A stretch of 26,554 bases of DNA from a virus (Duplodnaviria > Caudoviricetes). How positions within the stretch are numbered: position 1 is the first letter of the stretch; every line of letters starts with the position of its first letter. The notes under the pieces were generated by a model. That model was not told the DNA's origin. It ran no database searches and worked only from the letters and a program-made list of their open reading frames with translations. Both the position numbers and the translations under genes were made by a program. Shown in pieces: positions 7,761-17,203 of this stretch. The stretch spans positions 1-26,554 of the IMG/VR virus record IMGVR_UViG_3300032103_000278. One strand, 5' to 3'.

Positions 7761-8207
7761 TTAATTGTTTTTTAAAGCTTGTTTTTCGTCGATAAATTTC
7801 CAAGATAAATCTGAAAATAGTTTAAGATTTTTGGGGTCGGTTTTAGATAGCCAGGCAATAAATTCTTCAAAAATTTCGATGTATTTATAAATAGGTTGTT
7901 CTGAGAATTTTTCGATTTCTCTTAAAAGTTGAGCTTTAGTGTCGCTTTGGGCTTTGGTAGGAATATTATTATTATCTTTAATTTGTTGGTTAACAGCAGT
8001 CAATTGAATAAAAGTATCTTTTAGTAGCGATTTTCGTGTAATGTTATTTTGCTGAATAAGTATATCCCAGTCGAAGTTTTTTCGCCATTTACTAATTGTT
8101 TGTTCAGAAATGCCGATTATTTCGGATATTTCTTTTTGCAAAACACCTTTGATAAATAGCGATTGGGCAATTGCTCTTTTATCGGACATTGTTTTTTTTG
8201 AAGTCAT
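7761..8207 (-). CDS. terS: Terminase small subunit (HTH, DUF1804-like)
   Basis: N-terminal HTH QKEISEIIGISEQTISKW...W, directly upstream of terL. Confidence 0.8.
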   Translation of the reverse strand: MTSKKTMSDKRAIAQSLFIKGVLQKEISEIIGISEQTISKWRKNFDWDILIQQNNITRKSLLKDTFIQLTAVNQQIKDNNNIPTKAQSDTKAQLLREIEKFSEQPIYKYIEIFEEFIAWLSKTDPKNLKLFSDLSWKFIDEKQALKNN

Positions 8208-8349
8208 TTATTGGTTATTAGGATATTGAGTTTATAACCGCTAATTACTTAAATGCAATAAGCGGATTATGCAAATATCGAGATATACCTATAAATTTTA
8301 AAGAAAAGGAGCGAGCAGTGCAATATTTATAGCATAGAATGCGGTGTTA

Positions 8350-8381
8350 TTTGTGTACATGTATTTTGTGTTATATGTTTG
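8350..8381 (+). promoter_or_regulatory. Bacteroidota -33/-7 promoter for the capsid-lysis-tail operon
   Basis: TTTG (8350-8353), 20-nt spacer, TATGTTTG (8374-8381), within the divergent intergenic region. Confidence 0.65.
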
Positions 8382-8476
8382 CTCTCTAAATGATTTGTAG
8401 TTTTTTTCATAATTTGGATTTTCCGGCTGCATCGTTTTGACTGTTAACCTTGCAGCCGGTTTTTAAAATAAAAGAA

Positions 8477-9448
8477 ATGATATTTAGAGTAGCTGATGAT
8501 AAGGTTTTGAATAATTATGGATTCAGAATAATAACAGATGGAATAGATGTAAAGGAATTTAAAGAAAATCCGATAATGCTGTACGATCACAATGCAGAAG
8601 CCCCGCCCATTGGAATCTGGATTAATCTTTTGAAAAAAAACGGCGAAATGACCGCAGAACCAGCTTTTGATGCTGATGATACTTTTGCTGTAAGTATCAT
8701 GAAAAAATGCGAAAAAGGCATTATAAAAATGAGTAGCATAGGCGTAATACCTTTGGCATGGAGTGAAGATTCTTTAGATAAAATTGAAAATCAGGAAATG
8801 CCTACTTTGCTTAAATGCAAACTTAAAGAAATAAGTATTACTCCATTTGGGGCTGTAAAAACAGCAGTAAGGCTTTATGATGACAAGGGTAAGATTTTGA
8901 AATTTAAGGAGGGCGAAATAAAGGATTATATAAAACAATCAATGAACAATAATTTTAATTTTAATACTGAAAAACAAATGGAAAAGAATCAATTTGTAAT
9001 TACGCTGAGTGCTGCACTGGCTCTTGGTGATGTAACTGAAGCTGATTTGCTGAAACATATTATAGGGATGAATAACGAAAATGTGAAGCTAAAAGCTGAA
9101 AATCAGAATTTGATAACCCAAAGCGAAGCGCTAAAAAAGGATGCAGAAAATGCCGAAAAAGAAGCAATACTTCAAAAAGCAGTTGATGAAAAGAAAATAA
9201 CCCAAAAAGAAAAAGAGGTTTATTTGAAATTGTCGGCAACTGATATTAAGGAAGTGTTGGAAAGCAAAAAAGGAGCAGTTAATCTGAGAGATTTCACTTC
9301 GACCGCTTCTACAGGCTCAGCAAGCGACATGTTAAAAATGAGCTGGAAAGAGCTTGACGAAAAAGGAAAGCTAGAGGAATTGAAAGCAAGCAATTTTGAG
9401 GTTTTTAAATCAAAATTTAAAGCTGAATTTAATAAAGATTATAATTAA
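8477..9448 (+). CDS. Prohead protease / scaffold protein
   Basis: Motifs NPIMLYDH, PIGIW, SSIG, LKEISI and a coiled-coil C-terminus. ATG 8477 is preferred over TTG 8450. Confidence 0.85.
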   Translation: MIFRVADDKVLNNYGFRIITDGIDVKEFKENPIMLYDHNAEAPPIGIWINLLKKNGEMTAEPAFDADDTFAVSIMKKCEKGIIKMSSIGVIPLAWSEDSLDKIENQEMPTLLKCKLKEISITPFGAVKTAVRLYDDKGKILKFKEGEIKDYIKQSMNNNFNFNTEKQMEKNQFVITLSAALALGDVTEADLLKHIIGMNNENVKLKAENQNLITQSEALKKDAENAEKEAILQKAVDEKKITQKEKEVYLKLSATDIKEVLESKKGAVNLRDFTSTASTGSASDMLKMSWKELDEKGKLEELKASNFEVFKSKFKAEFNKDYN

Positions 9449-9480
9449 CAAAAAACAATAACCATAAATAATTAAGAGAA

Positions 9481-10386
9481 ATGGCAATTCAAGTAGAAAT
9501 TTGGGAAAAAGACATAGTGGAGGGCTTGTATAAGGACAATCAGTTTTTGAACAATGCTTTTAATGCAGATTCTTATGTATTACAAGGGAAAGTAGTGCAT
9601 ATACCCAATGCGGGCAATCCTCCAGCAGTAGTAAAAAACAGGAGTAGTTTACCAGCAACAGCCGTTAAACGTACTGATGTTGATATTACTTATAATCTGG
9701 ATGAATTTACCACCGACCCTATGCTATTGGTAGATGCCGAAAAGGCAGAATTAAGCTACGATAAGCGTAATAGTTTGCTTTCGGAAGCTAAATTGAGTTT
9801 AGCAGATATAGTAGCCGAGTATATGCTTGTAAACTGGAGTCCTGGTGTAAGTGTAAAAACAAGTGGGGCTGCTGTGGCAGGGCACACACCATCGTTTACA
9901 GGGACGAGAAAAGCATTGGTAGCCGATGATATAAGAAAACTAGCGTTAAGGTTCGACAGCGAAAATGTGCCCAGTACCGAGAGGTATTTGATACTCGATG
10001 CCAATATGTATCATCAATTGGTAGGCGATTTGAGCCAGACCCAATATCGTGATTTTTCGGCGTCGTTAGATCAGGCAAAAGGGATAGTAGGCAATTTGTA
10101 TGGTTTTAACATTATGAAACGTTCGTTAGTGTTGGTTTACGATAAGACTACTCAAACTGCAGCCAAAGCCATAGGCGCAGCAGCAGCAGCAAGCGATTGT
10201 GCAGCAGGATTGGCATGGCAAAAGAACAGTGTAGAACGTGCTTTGGGAGAAGTAAAATTCTTTGAAAACGTAGGCAAAGCCGAATATTATGGCGATATTT
10301 ACTCAGCACTGGTAAGAATGGGCGGACGTATCCGCAGAAATGACGGCAAAGGTGTAGTAGCATTAATTCAGGACTGGGTTTCTTAG
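9481..10386 (+). CDS. Major capsid protein
   Basis: 301 aa, follows the protease; motifs VHIPNAG, ELSYDKR, VPSTERYLILD, GNLYGFNI. Confidence 0.85.
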   Translation: MAIQVEIWEKDIVEGLYKDNQFLNNAFNADSYVLQGKVVHIPNAGNPPAVVKNRSSLPATAVKRTDVDITYNLDEFTTDPMLLVDAEKAELSYDKRNSLLSEAKLSLADIVAEYMLVNWSPGVSVKTSGAAVAGHTPSFTGTRKALVADDIRKLALRFDSENVPSTERYLILDANMYHQLVGDLSQTQYRDFSASLDQAKGIVGNLYGFNIMKRSLVLVYDKTTQTAAKAIGAAAAASDCAAGLAWQKNSVERALGEVKFFENVGKAEYYGDIYSALVRMGGRIRRNDGKGVVALIQDWVS

Positions 10387-10450
10387 AGTTATGAATTAAG
10401 AATGATGAGTGATGAGTTGTATCATCATTCATCATTTTATAATAAAAAAA

Positions 10451-10861
10451 ATGCGAGAAATAAAATACATAGCAATACATTGCACAGCAACAAGCCAGCG
10501 GGCAACATTGGAAGGGATAAAAAGATACTGGCAAGAACAATTGGGTTGGAAAAATCCAGGCTATCATTACTTAGTATTGATAAATGGCGAAATAAGACAA
10601 TTGTTAACAGACGACTTGGTGAGTAATGGAGTAGCTGGCTATAATTCGCAGTGTATAAATGTAAGTTATGTGGGAGGTATTGATAATTTAGGGAAGCCTA
10701 TTGATAATCGTACAGTTTCGCAAAAAGAAAGTATGTTAAAATTACTAAAATCATTGAAGAAAAAATATTCAGATGCAATAATACAGGGGCATTACCAATT
10801 TCCAAAAGTAAATAAAGCTTGCCCTTGTTTTGATGCTAAAGAGGAGTATAAACAATTATAG
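10451..10861 (+). CDS. Endolysin, N-acetylmuramoyl-L-alanine amidase (Amidase_2)
   Basis: Motifs IAIHCTAT, GYHY, GH, KACPCF. ATG 10451 follows an A-rich leader. Confidence 0.92.
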   Translation: MREIKYIAIHCTATSQRATLEGIKRYWQEQLGWKNPGYHYLVLINGEIRQLLTDDLVSNGVAGYNSQCINVSYVGGIDNLGKPIDNRTVSQKESMLKLLKSLKKKYSDAIIQGHYQFPKVNKACPCFDAKEEYKQL

Positions 10862-10868
10862 TTAGATT

Positions 10869-11189
10869 ATGTACGAAGCACTAATAACGATACTAATAGC
10901 GTTAGGGACAGGATTGGCTGGAAGTTTTTCGACTGCCATATTTTACCGTAATAAAAGCAAAGCAGAAGTAAGGCAATTAGAGGTGAATGCAGAAGGGAGC
11001 GAGCTTGATAATACTGAGAAAGCTGTAAAAATATGGAGAGAGTTGGCAGAAAAACTTGCTGAAGATTTGCAAAGTTATATGAAAGAGGTGCATCAATTGA
11101 ATGTAAAAATGGATGAAATTAAAAAGCAATTGATGGATATAAAGTGTGAAAATGCAAAGCTTAAAAAACTAATAGCAGAAAAATACTAA
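10869..11189 (+). CDS. Holin-like membrane protein
   Basis: N-terminal TM helix and coiled coil, directly after the endolysin. Confidence 0.55.
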   Translation: MYEALITILIALGTGLAGSFSTAIFYRNKSKAEVRQLEVNAEGSELDNTEKAVKIWRELAEKLAEDLQSYMKEVHQLNVKMDEIKKQLMDIKCENAKLKKLIAEKY

Positions 11190-11194
11190 AGAAT

Positions 11195-11740
11195 ATGAGA
11201 AATTACATTATCATATTTATATTGATACTAATAATATCAGGAGTTAGCGAGCTTTATTTTAGTGAAAGAAGCGAACGCAAAAGATTTGAGGCTAATTACG
11301 ATACGGTAGTAAATGACAAAAAAGATGCAGAAATACTCCATACTACCGAGGTAAAGAAATTTTATAAGAAATTGGATAGTTTGAGAGCCACTAAGGGTAT
11401 AAGAGAAAAAACGGTAAAAACAGTATTTGAAACTAAAATCAATTATATTGACGAAGAAGTATTAATACCTATTTATGATACTATACCTTATTTTGATACG
11501 ATACGTATTGTAAAAAATTATTCCATTACAAAGCCTTGTTACGAATTGCAACTTAGTTCGATAAATGATACTATACTAGAAAAACTAACTATACATGATA
11601 AGTTAATAGGATTTTTATTTTGGGAGCGACCTTATAAGTTTTTATTTGTAAGATGGGGGTCAAAACAATATCGTATGAAAATACAATCGGAATGTATGGG
11701 AGAAATAATACCTGAAAAATTAATAATAATAGAAAAATGA
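11195..11740 (+). CDS. Spanin-like membrane-anchored lysis protein
   Basis: N-terminal hydrophobic anchor followed by a helical region; third gene of the lysis cassette. Confidence 0.5.
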   Translation: MRNYIIIFILILIISGVSELYFSERSERKRFEANYDTVVNDKKDAEILHTTEVKKFYKKLDSLRATKGIREKTVKTVFETKINYIDEEVLIPIYDTIPYFDTIRIVKNYSITKPCYELQLSSINDTILEKLTIHDKLIGFLFWERPYKFLFVRWGSKQYRMKIQSECMGEIIPEKLIIIEK

Positions 11741-11985
11741 AAAGAGTAACAAAAAAAACCGATGTATCGACCGCATCGACTTCGCTCGGTGACCAAAGCT
11801 CAGCAGCTGGCACGGCAGGCGAAGTAGAATTAAGAGAAGCAATGCAAGAATATTTTGATGCAAATGATAAATGCGAAGTGTTGTATGTGGCCAGTGATGG
11901 TGAACCGTTTTATGAATTGCATTTTGCCGAAAATTATCAAAGGAGTTTAGATAAAAATAAAGAAGTAGTAATAATTAATCGTTAA
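11737..11985 (+). CDS. Hypothetical phage protein
   Basis: ATGA overlap with the upstream gene; ends 3 nt before the sheath start. Confidence 0.65.
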   Translation: MKRVTKKTDVSTASTSLGDQSSAAGTAGEVELREAMQEYFDANDKCEVLYVASDGEPFYELHFAENYQRSLDKNKEVVIINR

Positions 11986-11988
11986 ACA

Positions 11989-13233
11989 ATGGCTTTACCA
12001 GATGTAAAAATAACAAAGAAAGATGGTTTGGGGCGAAGAGCGCCGAGCGATGATGGTATTTGTGGCTTGGTGTGTGGTGGAGTACCCACAGCACCAACAA
12101 CTAATACTGATGCATTGGCATTACTAACTCCGGTAAAATTAAAAGGGGTTTCGGATGCTGAATTTTATGGAATAAATGCTGCGTATGATGCTAATAATAA
12201 TATATTAGTATATCATCATATAAAGAGGTTTTTTAAAAGAAACCCATCGGGAACATTGTGGCTGATGCTTGTAGATAATACACCTCCAACCTCTTTAACA
12301 ACAATGGTTGACAAAAATTTGCCAATAATACAGAAATTTATACAAGGTACAAATGGAGAGGTTAAGGTAATAGGATTAGTACTAAATCCACGAACAACTT
12401 ATGTAGCAGTAACAACTAATGGAATAGATGCCGATGTAGAAACAGCCGTACCCAAAGCACAGGAGTTGGCAGATGCTGAGTTTTTGAATAATCGCCCGAT
12501 TAATATTTTACTCGAGGGCAGAAGTTTTACAGGAACGGCAGCAGCTGTGAAAGATATGCGAAGCTTAGCATCTCCAGCGGTAAGTGTAGTAATAGCACAG
12601 GATTTGGCTGTAGCTAATACGGGCAATGCCATACATAAAAAGATGGCAGCCGTAGGCGATGTATTGGGATGTATATCGGCGGCCAAAGTAAATGAGTGTA
12701 TTGGTTGGGTTGACAAGTTTCCGTTGCAGGATTTGGCAGATAATACATTTGTGAATGTGGGGTTAAGTTCGAATTTGAATATTAATAGTTATACATTGAC
12801 TGATTTAGGAACATTACACGATAAGGGTTATATTTTTGCACGACCATTAACCGGATTGCCGGGCTTTTACTGGAGTAGCGACCCGAGTTGTGCAGCCATT
12901 ACAGTAGATGAAGCCTATTTGTGCAATGGCAGAACCTTGAACAAAGCAGCCCGTATGCTTCGCACCTCATTGATAGGTAAATTAAACAGCCCTATAGAGC
13001 TGACTTCTGAAGGTAAAATAAAACCAGCCGTAATAGGAGCATTTGAGAGTGCAGCCGAAGCTGTGTTAAGAAATATGCAGGGGGATGGCGAAATATCGGC
13101 GTACGAAGTGTATATAGACCCTGATGTATTATTTATGCAATCGGGCGAAACAGTAACTATTAATTTTAAGATAGTGCCAGTAGGAGTAGCTCGCCAAATA
13201 TCAGGAGTATTAAAATTAACCGCAAATTTGTAA
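11989..13233 (+). CDS. Contractile tail sheath protein (DUF2586-like)
   Basis: Motifs MALPDVKI, LHDKGYIF, GFYWSSDP, RTLNKAAR, IVPVGVARQI. Confidence 0.85.
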   Translation: MALPDVKITKKDGLGRRAPSDDGICGLVCGGVPTAPTTNTDALALLTPVKLKGVSDAEFYGINAAYDANNNILVYHHIKRFFKRNPSGTLWLMLVDNTPPTSLTTMVDKNLPIIQKFIQGTNGEVKVIGLVLNPRTTYVAVTTNGIDADVETAVPKAQELADAEFLNNRPINILLEGRSFTGTAAAVKDMRSLASPAVSVVIAQDLAVANTGNAIHKKMAAVGDVLGCISAAKVNECIGWVDKFPLQDLADNTFVNVGLSSNLNINSYTLTDLGTLHDKGYIFARPLTGLPGFYWSSDPSCAAITVDEAYLCNGRTLNKAARMLRTSLIGKLNSPIELTSEGKIKPAVIGAFESAAEAVLRNMQGDGEISAYEVYIDPDVLFMQSGETVTINFKIVPVGVARQISGVLKLTANL

Positions 13234-13237
13234 AAAA

Positions 13238-13660
13238 ATGGAAAATTTACCTTTAATAAACGGACGGAGTTTTGATTTTGCCAGTATTCAGTTGGAAATG
13301 CTTGGCATGATAGTGTCGGGAGTGGCATCCATAAAATATGGAGTAAAACAGGAAAAAACTAATAATTATGGAGCAGGCACCAATCCTGTAAGTAGAGGTT
13401 ATGGCAAAAAGGAATACAGTGGTAGCATTCAACTTGAGATGAAAGAAGTTGAACGTATTTACGATGCATTGGGGAAAAATAAAGATTTGACCGACATACA
13501 TCCTTTTCCGATAACAGTATCATATTTAAACAATTACAAAGTGATAACACATAAATTGCGAGATTGTGAGTTTTTGAATGATAATATTGATGCGAAAACA
13601 GGCGATGTAAATATATCGCAAGAATTGGAGTTGATAATAGGAAGTATATCAAAAAGATAA
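13238..13660 (+). CDS. Tail tube protein
   Basis: 140 aa directly after the sheath; motifs INGRSFDF, YGAGTNPVSRGYG. Confidence 0.85.
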   Translation: MENLPLINGRSFDFASIQLEMLGMIVSGVASIKYGVKQEKTNNYGAGTNPVSRGYGKKEYSGSIQLEMKEVERIYDALGKNKDLTDIHPFPITVSYLNNYKVITHKLRDCEFLNDNIDAKTGDVNISQELELIIGSISKR

Positions 13661-13685
13661 TTATAAAATATTAAAAAATAAAGAA

Positions 13686-14024
13686 ATGACAAAGAAAACA
13701 GATAATAAAGTAGAATCATTACCATGTGGAGTAAGTTACGAACAGTTGGCAACATGGAAAGAGGAAACGGAAGTTCATTTAGTAGCTGTAAAAACAGAAT
13801 CGGGTGTTGTAAATGGATATTTTAAAAAGCCCAATTTGCAGGTAATAGGAGCAGCGAGTAAATATGCAACAACAGACCCTGTAAAAAGTGGATTGATATT
13901 ATTTGAGAGTTGTTGGCTTGCAGGCGACCCTGAGATGCGAGAAGTAGACGAAATAAAGATGTCGGCCATAGGGAAGTTGGGAGATTTATTTAAAGTATAT
14001 GAAGCAGAAGTAAAAAAGTTATAG
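13686..14024 (+). CDS. Tail assembly chaperone (gpG-like)
   Basis: Lies between tube and tape measure; ends GTA AAA AAG TTA TAG. Confidence 0.8.
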   Translation: MTKKTDNKVESLPCGVSYEQLATWKEETEVHLVAVKTESGVVNGYFKKPNLQVIGAASKYATTDPVKSGLILFESCWLAGDPEMREVDEIKMSAIGKLGDLFKVYEAEVKKL

Positions 14025-14224
14025 ACCAATCAGTAATATCAGACGAAGGTTTTGAGGATGAGTATCAACGGGGGAATGCACTTATAAGGAGTGCATTTTC
14101 TTTAGAACCGGAAAAATTAAGTTTGACTGATTGGGCAAAATTATACAACGAAGCTTTGTGGCTTGAAAGGTTTAGGTTAAAGAATCAGGCAGATTTACTG
14201 GCGAGGCTGTTTGGAGGAAGTTAA
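14018..14224 (+). CDS. -1 frameshift extension of the tail chaperone (gpGT-like)
   Basis: A AAA AAG at 14012-14018. The -1 frame reads VIDQSVISDEGFEDEYQRGNALIRSAFSLEPEKLSLTDWAKLYNEALWLE...FGGS*. Confidence 0.8.
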   Translation, partial: VIDQSVISDEGFEDEYQRGNALIRSAFSLEPEKLSLTDWAKLYNEALWLERFRLKNQADLLARLFGGS

Positions 14225-14415
14225 GGATTGACATCGTGCGGATCATCGTTCATTAAATGACGGCTGCCTTCGTGAAATAAATCGTGTTTTTCTCTGGAAG
14301 AATAATTTTTGGGTTTGTAGTTTTTGCTTCCAAAAAAAAGAATAGCAATAAAAACAAAGACTAAAAAGAAACCACCAAAAACATAAACATCTGTTGAAAA
14401 AAAGTGCATATCCAT
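14221..14415 (-). CDS. Small single-TM membrane protein (moron)
   Basis: MDMHFFSTDVYVFGGFFLVFVFIAILFFGSK..., with a minus-strand -7-like box TATTTTTG at 14431-14438. Confidence 0.6.
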   Translation of the reverse strand: MDMHFFSTDVYVFGGFFLVFVFIAILFFGSKNYKPKNYSSREKHDLFHEGSRHLMNDDPHDVNP

Positions 14416-14472
14416 ATTTGAAATTTTATACAAAAATAAGAAAATTTGATTAAAATGAAAAAATAAAAATCA

Positions 14473-16530
14473 ATGACAGACAATACAGTAAGTTGGAGGT
14501 TTGAATTGTTTGACGGGATGTCGTCTACGTTTAAGACAATACAAAAGAATTTGGGTGGATTACAAGCAAATATGCTCAAATTTTCGGCTTATGTAGAAGA
14601 TTTGGGGAGTAGATTTATAAGATTTAATAATTTAGCAGATGGCATAAGCAGGCTTAACGATAGTATGAAAGCAGGCATAGCACCGGGGGCTGAATTTCAA
14701 CAACAAATAGCGGACTTGCAGGCTATAACCGGAATAGCAGGTAAAGACCTTGAATCTTTATCTGAAACATCGAGAAATGTAGGCATAAGTAGTGGCTTGG
14801 GAGCATCGCAAGCTGCCGAAGCTTTTAAATTATTAGCCTCCAATATAGATATAAGCACTATAGGAGGAGTAGAAGGTTTAAAGAAATTGCAGCAAGAAAC
14901 CATAGCATTATCAAAAGCATCGGGGGTGGATTTAACCACTGCGGCTAATACTATGTCATCAACCATTAATCAATTTGGATTTAAAGCAACTGAAGCCTCG
15001 CGTGTAATAAATGTACTTGGGGCAGGTGCTAAATATGGAGCTGCCGAAATACCCGATTTATCGGAATCGTTAAAAGAAGCAGGAGCAAGTGCCAATCAAG
15101 CGGGTGTTAGTTTAGAAAGCACAGTAGGTGCGTTGGAAGTATTAAGTCAAAATGCAGTAAAAGGCAGTGAAGCAGGCACTGGTTTGCGAAATGTAATAAC
15201 GCTTTTGCAAACCAAACTTGGCATGGATTTGAGTAAAATGCCTTTGAGCGATGCACTCTCGTTGCTACATCCCAAGCTTAAAGACATTAATTTTATGACT
15301 AATACGTTTGGGCGAGAAAATTTAGCAACAGCACAAATATTGATATCGAACTCGAAAGCAGTAGGCGAAATGACAGAAAAAGTTACCGGAACACAGGTGG
15401 CATATGAACAGGCAGAAATAAGAAGCCGAACTTATGGCGAAGAAATGAAAAAGATAAAAGCTCGTATGGATGATTTAAAAATCTCGGTTTTTAATGTAAC
15501 GGGCGGTTTTTTGCCATGGGTAGAAATAGGCAGCCGTAGTTTGGTAACTATAAGCCGTATGTTGCCTGCATTGGCGATGATGAAAGATGCCTTTAGCTTT
15601 TTATCTCCAATGATAGCAAAAGCGAGTAAGGCAACTTGGGGCTTTTTGGTAAATGTAGGAAAATCAACTTTAGCTTTGCTGGCAAACGGAGCAGTAATGT
15701 TGGGTAGTGCCATAATGAGTTTGGGAGCTTATGCAGCAGGAACTTTGGGAGCTACCATGGCAACCTGGGGGTTTAATGCTGCATTGATGGCTAACCCCAT
15801 AACATGGATAATAGTAGGAATATTGGCATTGGGTGCAGCCATTTACGGTATAGTAAAATACTGGGATGTAATAAAGATGAAGATTTCGCAATTTTGGGAT
15901 TGGTTAAAAAATAGTGTTGTAAAAATAGGTAAATGGCTTTTGGATCATAATCCGTTTATGATGTTGGTAAATGTATTGGATAAAATATTTCCGGGCTTTA
16001 AGGCAAAGCTGAAGCAATTTGCCAGTTATTTTTACGATAACTTTATAAAGCCTGTAATAGAACCCTTTAAGTGGGTTCTAAGGAAAATAGGATTGCTGGG
16101 CGATGAAGAGAATAAATCAAAAGAAAAGCCATATGTAGAAAGCAGAAAGAATTTATTAACAGCAGAGGAAATAGAAAAATTACCAGAGTCGGAGCAGCAG
16201 AAATTAGCTGAAAAGTATTTTGGAAAAGGAGTAGATTTTAAAGAGGCAAAAAAAAGATATTACTCTACTACTTACGCAACAGAAGGAATAGATTTTGACC
16301 CTAATTTGCAAAACGGCAATTTTGCGAGTGGTACAGGAACGGTAAGCGGAAGTGTAGCAGCAGCCAGCACAGGTAAAGAAGTAAGAAATGTGAGTTTTAA
16401 AACCGAGAGTTTAGTTAAGAATCTAACTATACAAGTTACTAACCTAAGCGAAAGTACAGGCAAAATAAAAGACTTAATTTCAGATGCCTTAATAAATGGA
16501 ATGCGAGATGCAGAATTGGCTTTGGGATAA
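14473..16530 (+). CDS. Tape measure protein
   Basis: TP901-type core (INVLGAGAKYGAAEI, GSEAGTGLRN), ANPITWII and W-periodic repeats. Confidence 0.92.
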   Translation: MTDNTVSWRFELFDGMSSTFKTIQKNLGGLQANMLKFSAYVEDLGSRFIRFNNLADGISRLNDSMKAGIAPGAEFQQQIADLQAITGIAGKDLESLSETSRNVGISSGLGASQAAEAFKLLASNIDISTIGGVEGLKKLQQETIALSKASGVDLTTAANTMSSTINQFGFKATEASRVINVLGAGAKYGAAEIPDLSESLKEAGASANQAGVSLESTVGALEVLSQNAVKGSEAGTGLRNVITLLQTKLGMDLSKMPLSDALSLLHPKLKDINFMTNTFGRENLATAQILISNSKAVGEMTEKVTGTQVAYEQAEIRSRTYGEEMKKIKARMDDLKISVFNVTGGFLPWVEIGSRSLVTISRMLPALAMMKDAFSFLSPMIAKASKATWGFLVNVGKSTLALLANGAVMLGSAIMSLGAYAAGTLGATMATWGFNAALMANPITWIIVGILALGAAIYGIVKYWDVIKMKISQFWDWLKNSVVKIGKWLLDHNPFMMLVNVLDKIFPGFKAKLKQFASYFYDNFIKPVIEPFKWVLRKIGLLGDEENKSKEKPYVESRKNLLTAEEIEKLPESEQQKLAEKYFGKGVDFKEAKKRYYSTTYATEGIDFDPNLQNGNFASGTGTVSGSVAAASTGKEVRNVSFKTESLVKNLTIQVTNLSESTGKIKDLISDALINGMRDAELALG

Positions 16531-16546
16531 TTATAAAAGATGACTT

Positions 16547-17203
16547 ATGAGTGATTATACAAATATAAGACATGGATTTAATACAATAAATGGAAATGTT
16601 TATCGCTTGAATTTGCGTCAACTTACAGCACAGTCTTTTGGAATGAGTGGAATTAGCTTATATAGATTACCCGCTTCGACTGGCATCGGCTCCGCTCAGC
16701 CACCGACAGATTATAATGTTGCTATTTTTGAAGCTCAACCGATGGCAAGCGGATTGCTGGGTTTACCAGTATACAGCACCTTACATTTTCCGGCAGGAAA
16801 AGGATATAAAGCTCTTACATTGCTTGAACCTATTATAGAAATATCGGCAGAAAAAAATATAATTAAAACCGCCATACAGGGTAGAATCGGAACGGTTAAA
16901 GAATTTATAAGCGAAGGCGATTTTGTGATTTCGGTAAAATGTATTATAAATGAAGCTAAAGAAGTGGATGAAGCTATTAGAAGATATTTACCACCTTACC
17001 AAGAATTGAGTAAATACTATGATTTATTTCAGCAATCAATAGCTTTGCCAGTAGAATGTAAATTGCTGCAGATATTCGGTATAAACAATGTTGTGGTTAC
17101 TAATTATAATATTACCGAATCGGGTATGGTAAATGTAAAAAACTGTAGCATAAACCTAATAAGCGATATTGCACCCGAAATTCAAATTACAAAAAATGTA
17201 TAA
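16547..17203 (+). CDS. Baseplate / tail tube initiator protein (DUF6046-like)
   Basis: Motif KNIIKTAIQGRIGTVKEFISEGDF; directly after the tape measure gene. Confidence 0.7.
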   Translation: MSDYTNIRHGFNTINGNVYRLNLRQLTAQSFGMSGISLYRLPASTGIGSAQPPTDYNVAIFEAQPMASGLLGLPVYSTLHFPAGKGYKALTLLEPIIEISAEKNIIKTAIQGRIGTVKEFISEGDFVISVKCIINEAKEVDEAIRRYLPPYQELSKYYDLFQQSIALPVECKLLQIFGINNVVVTNYNITESGMVNVKNCSINLISDIAPEIQITKNV

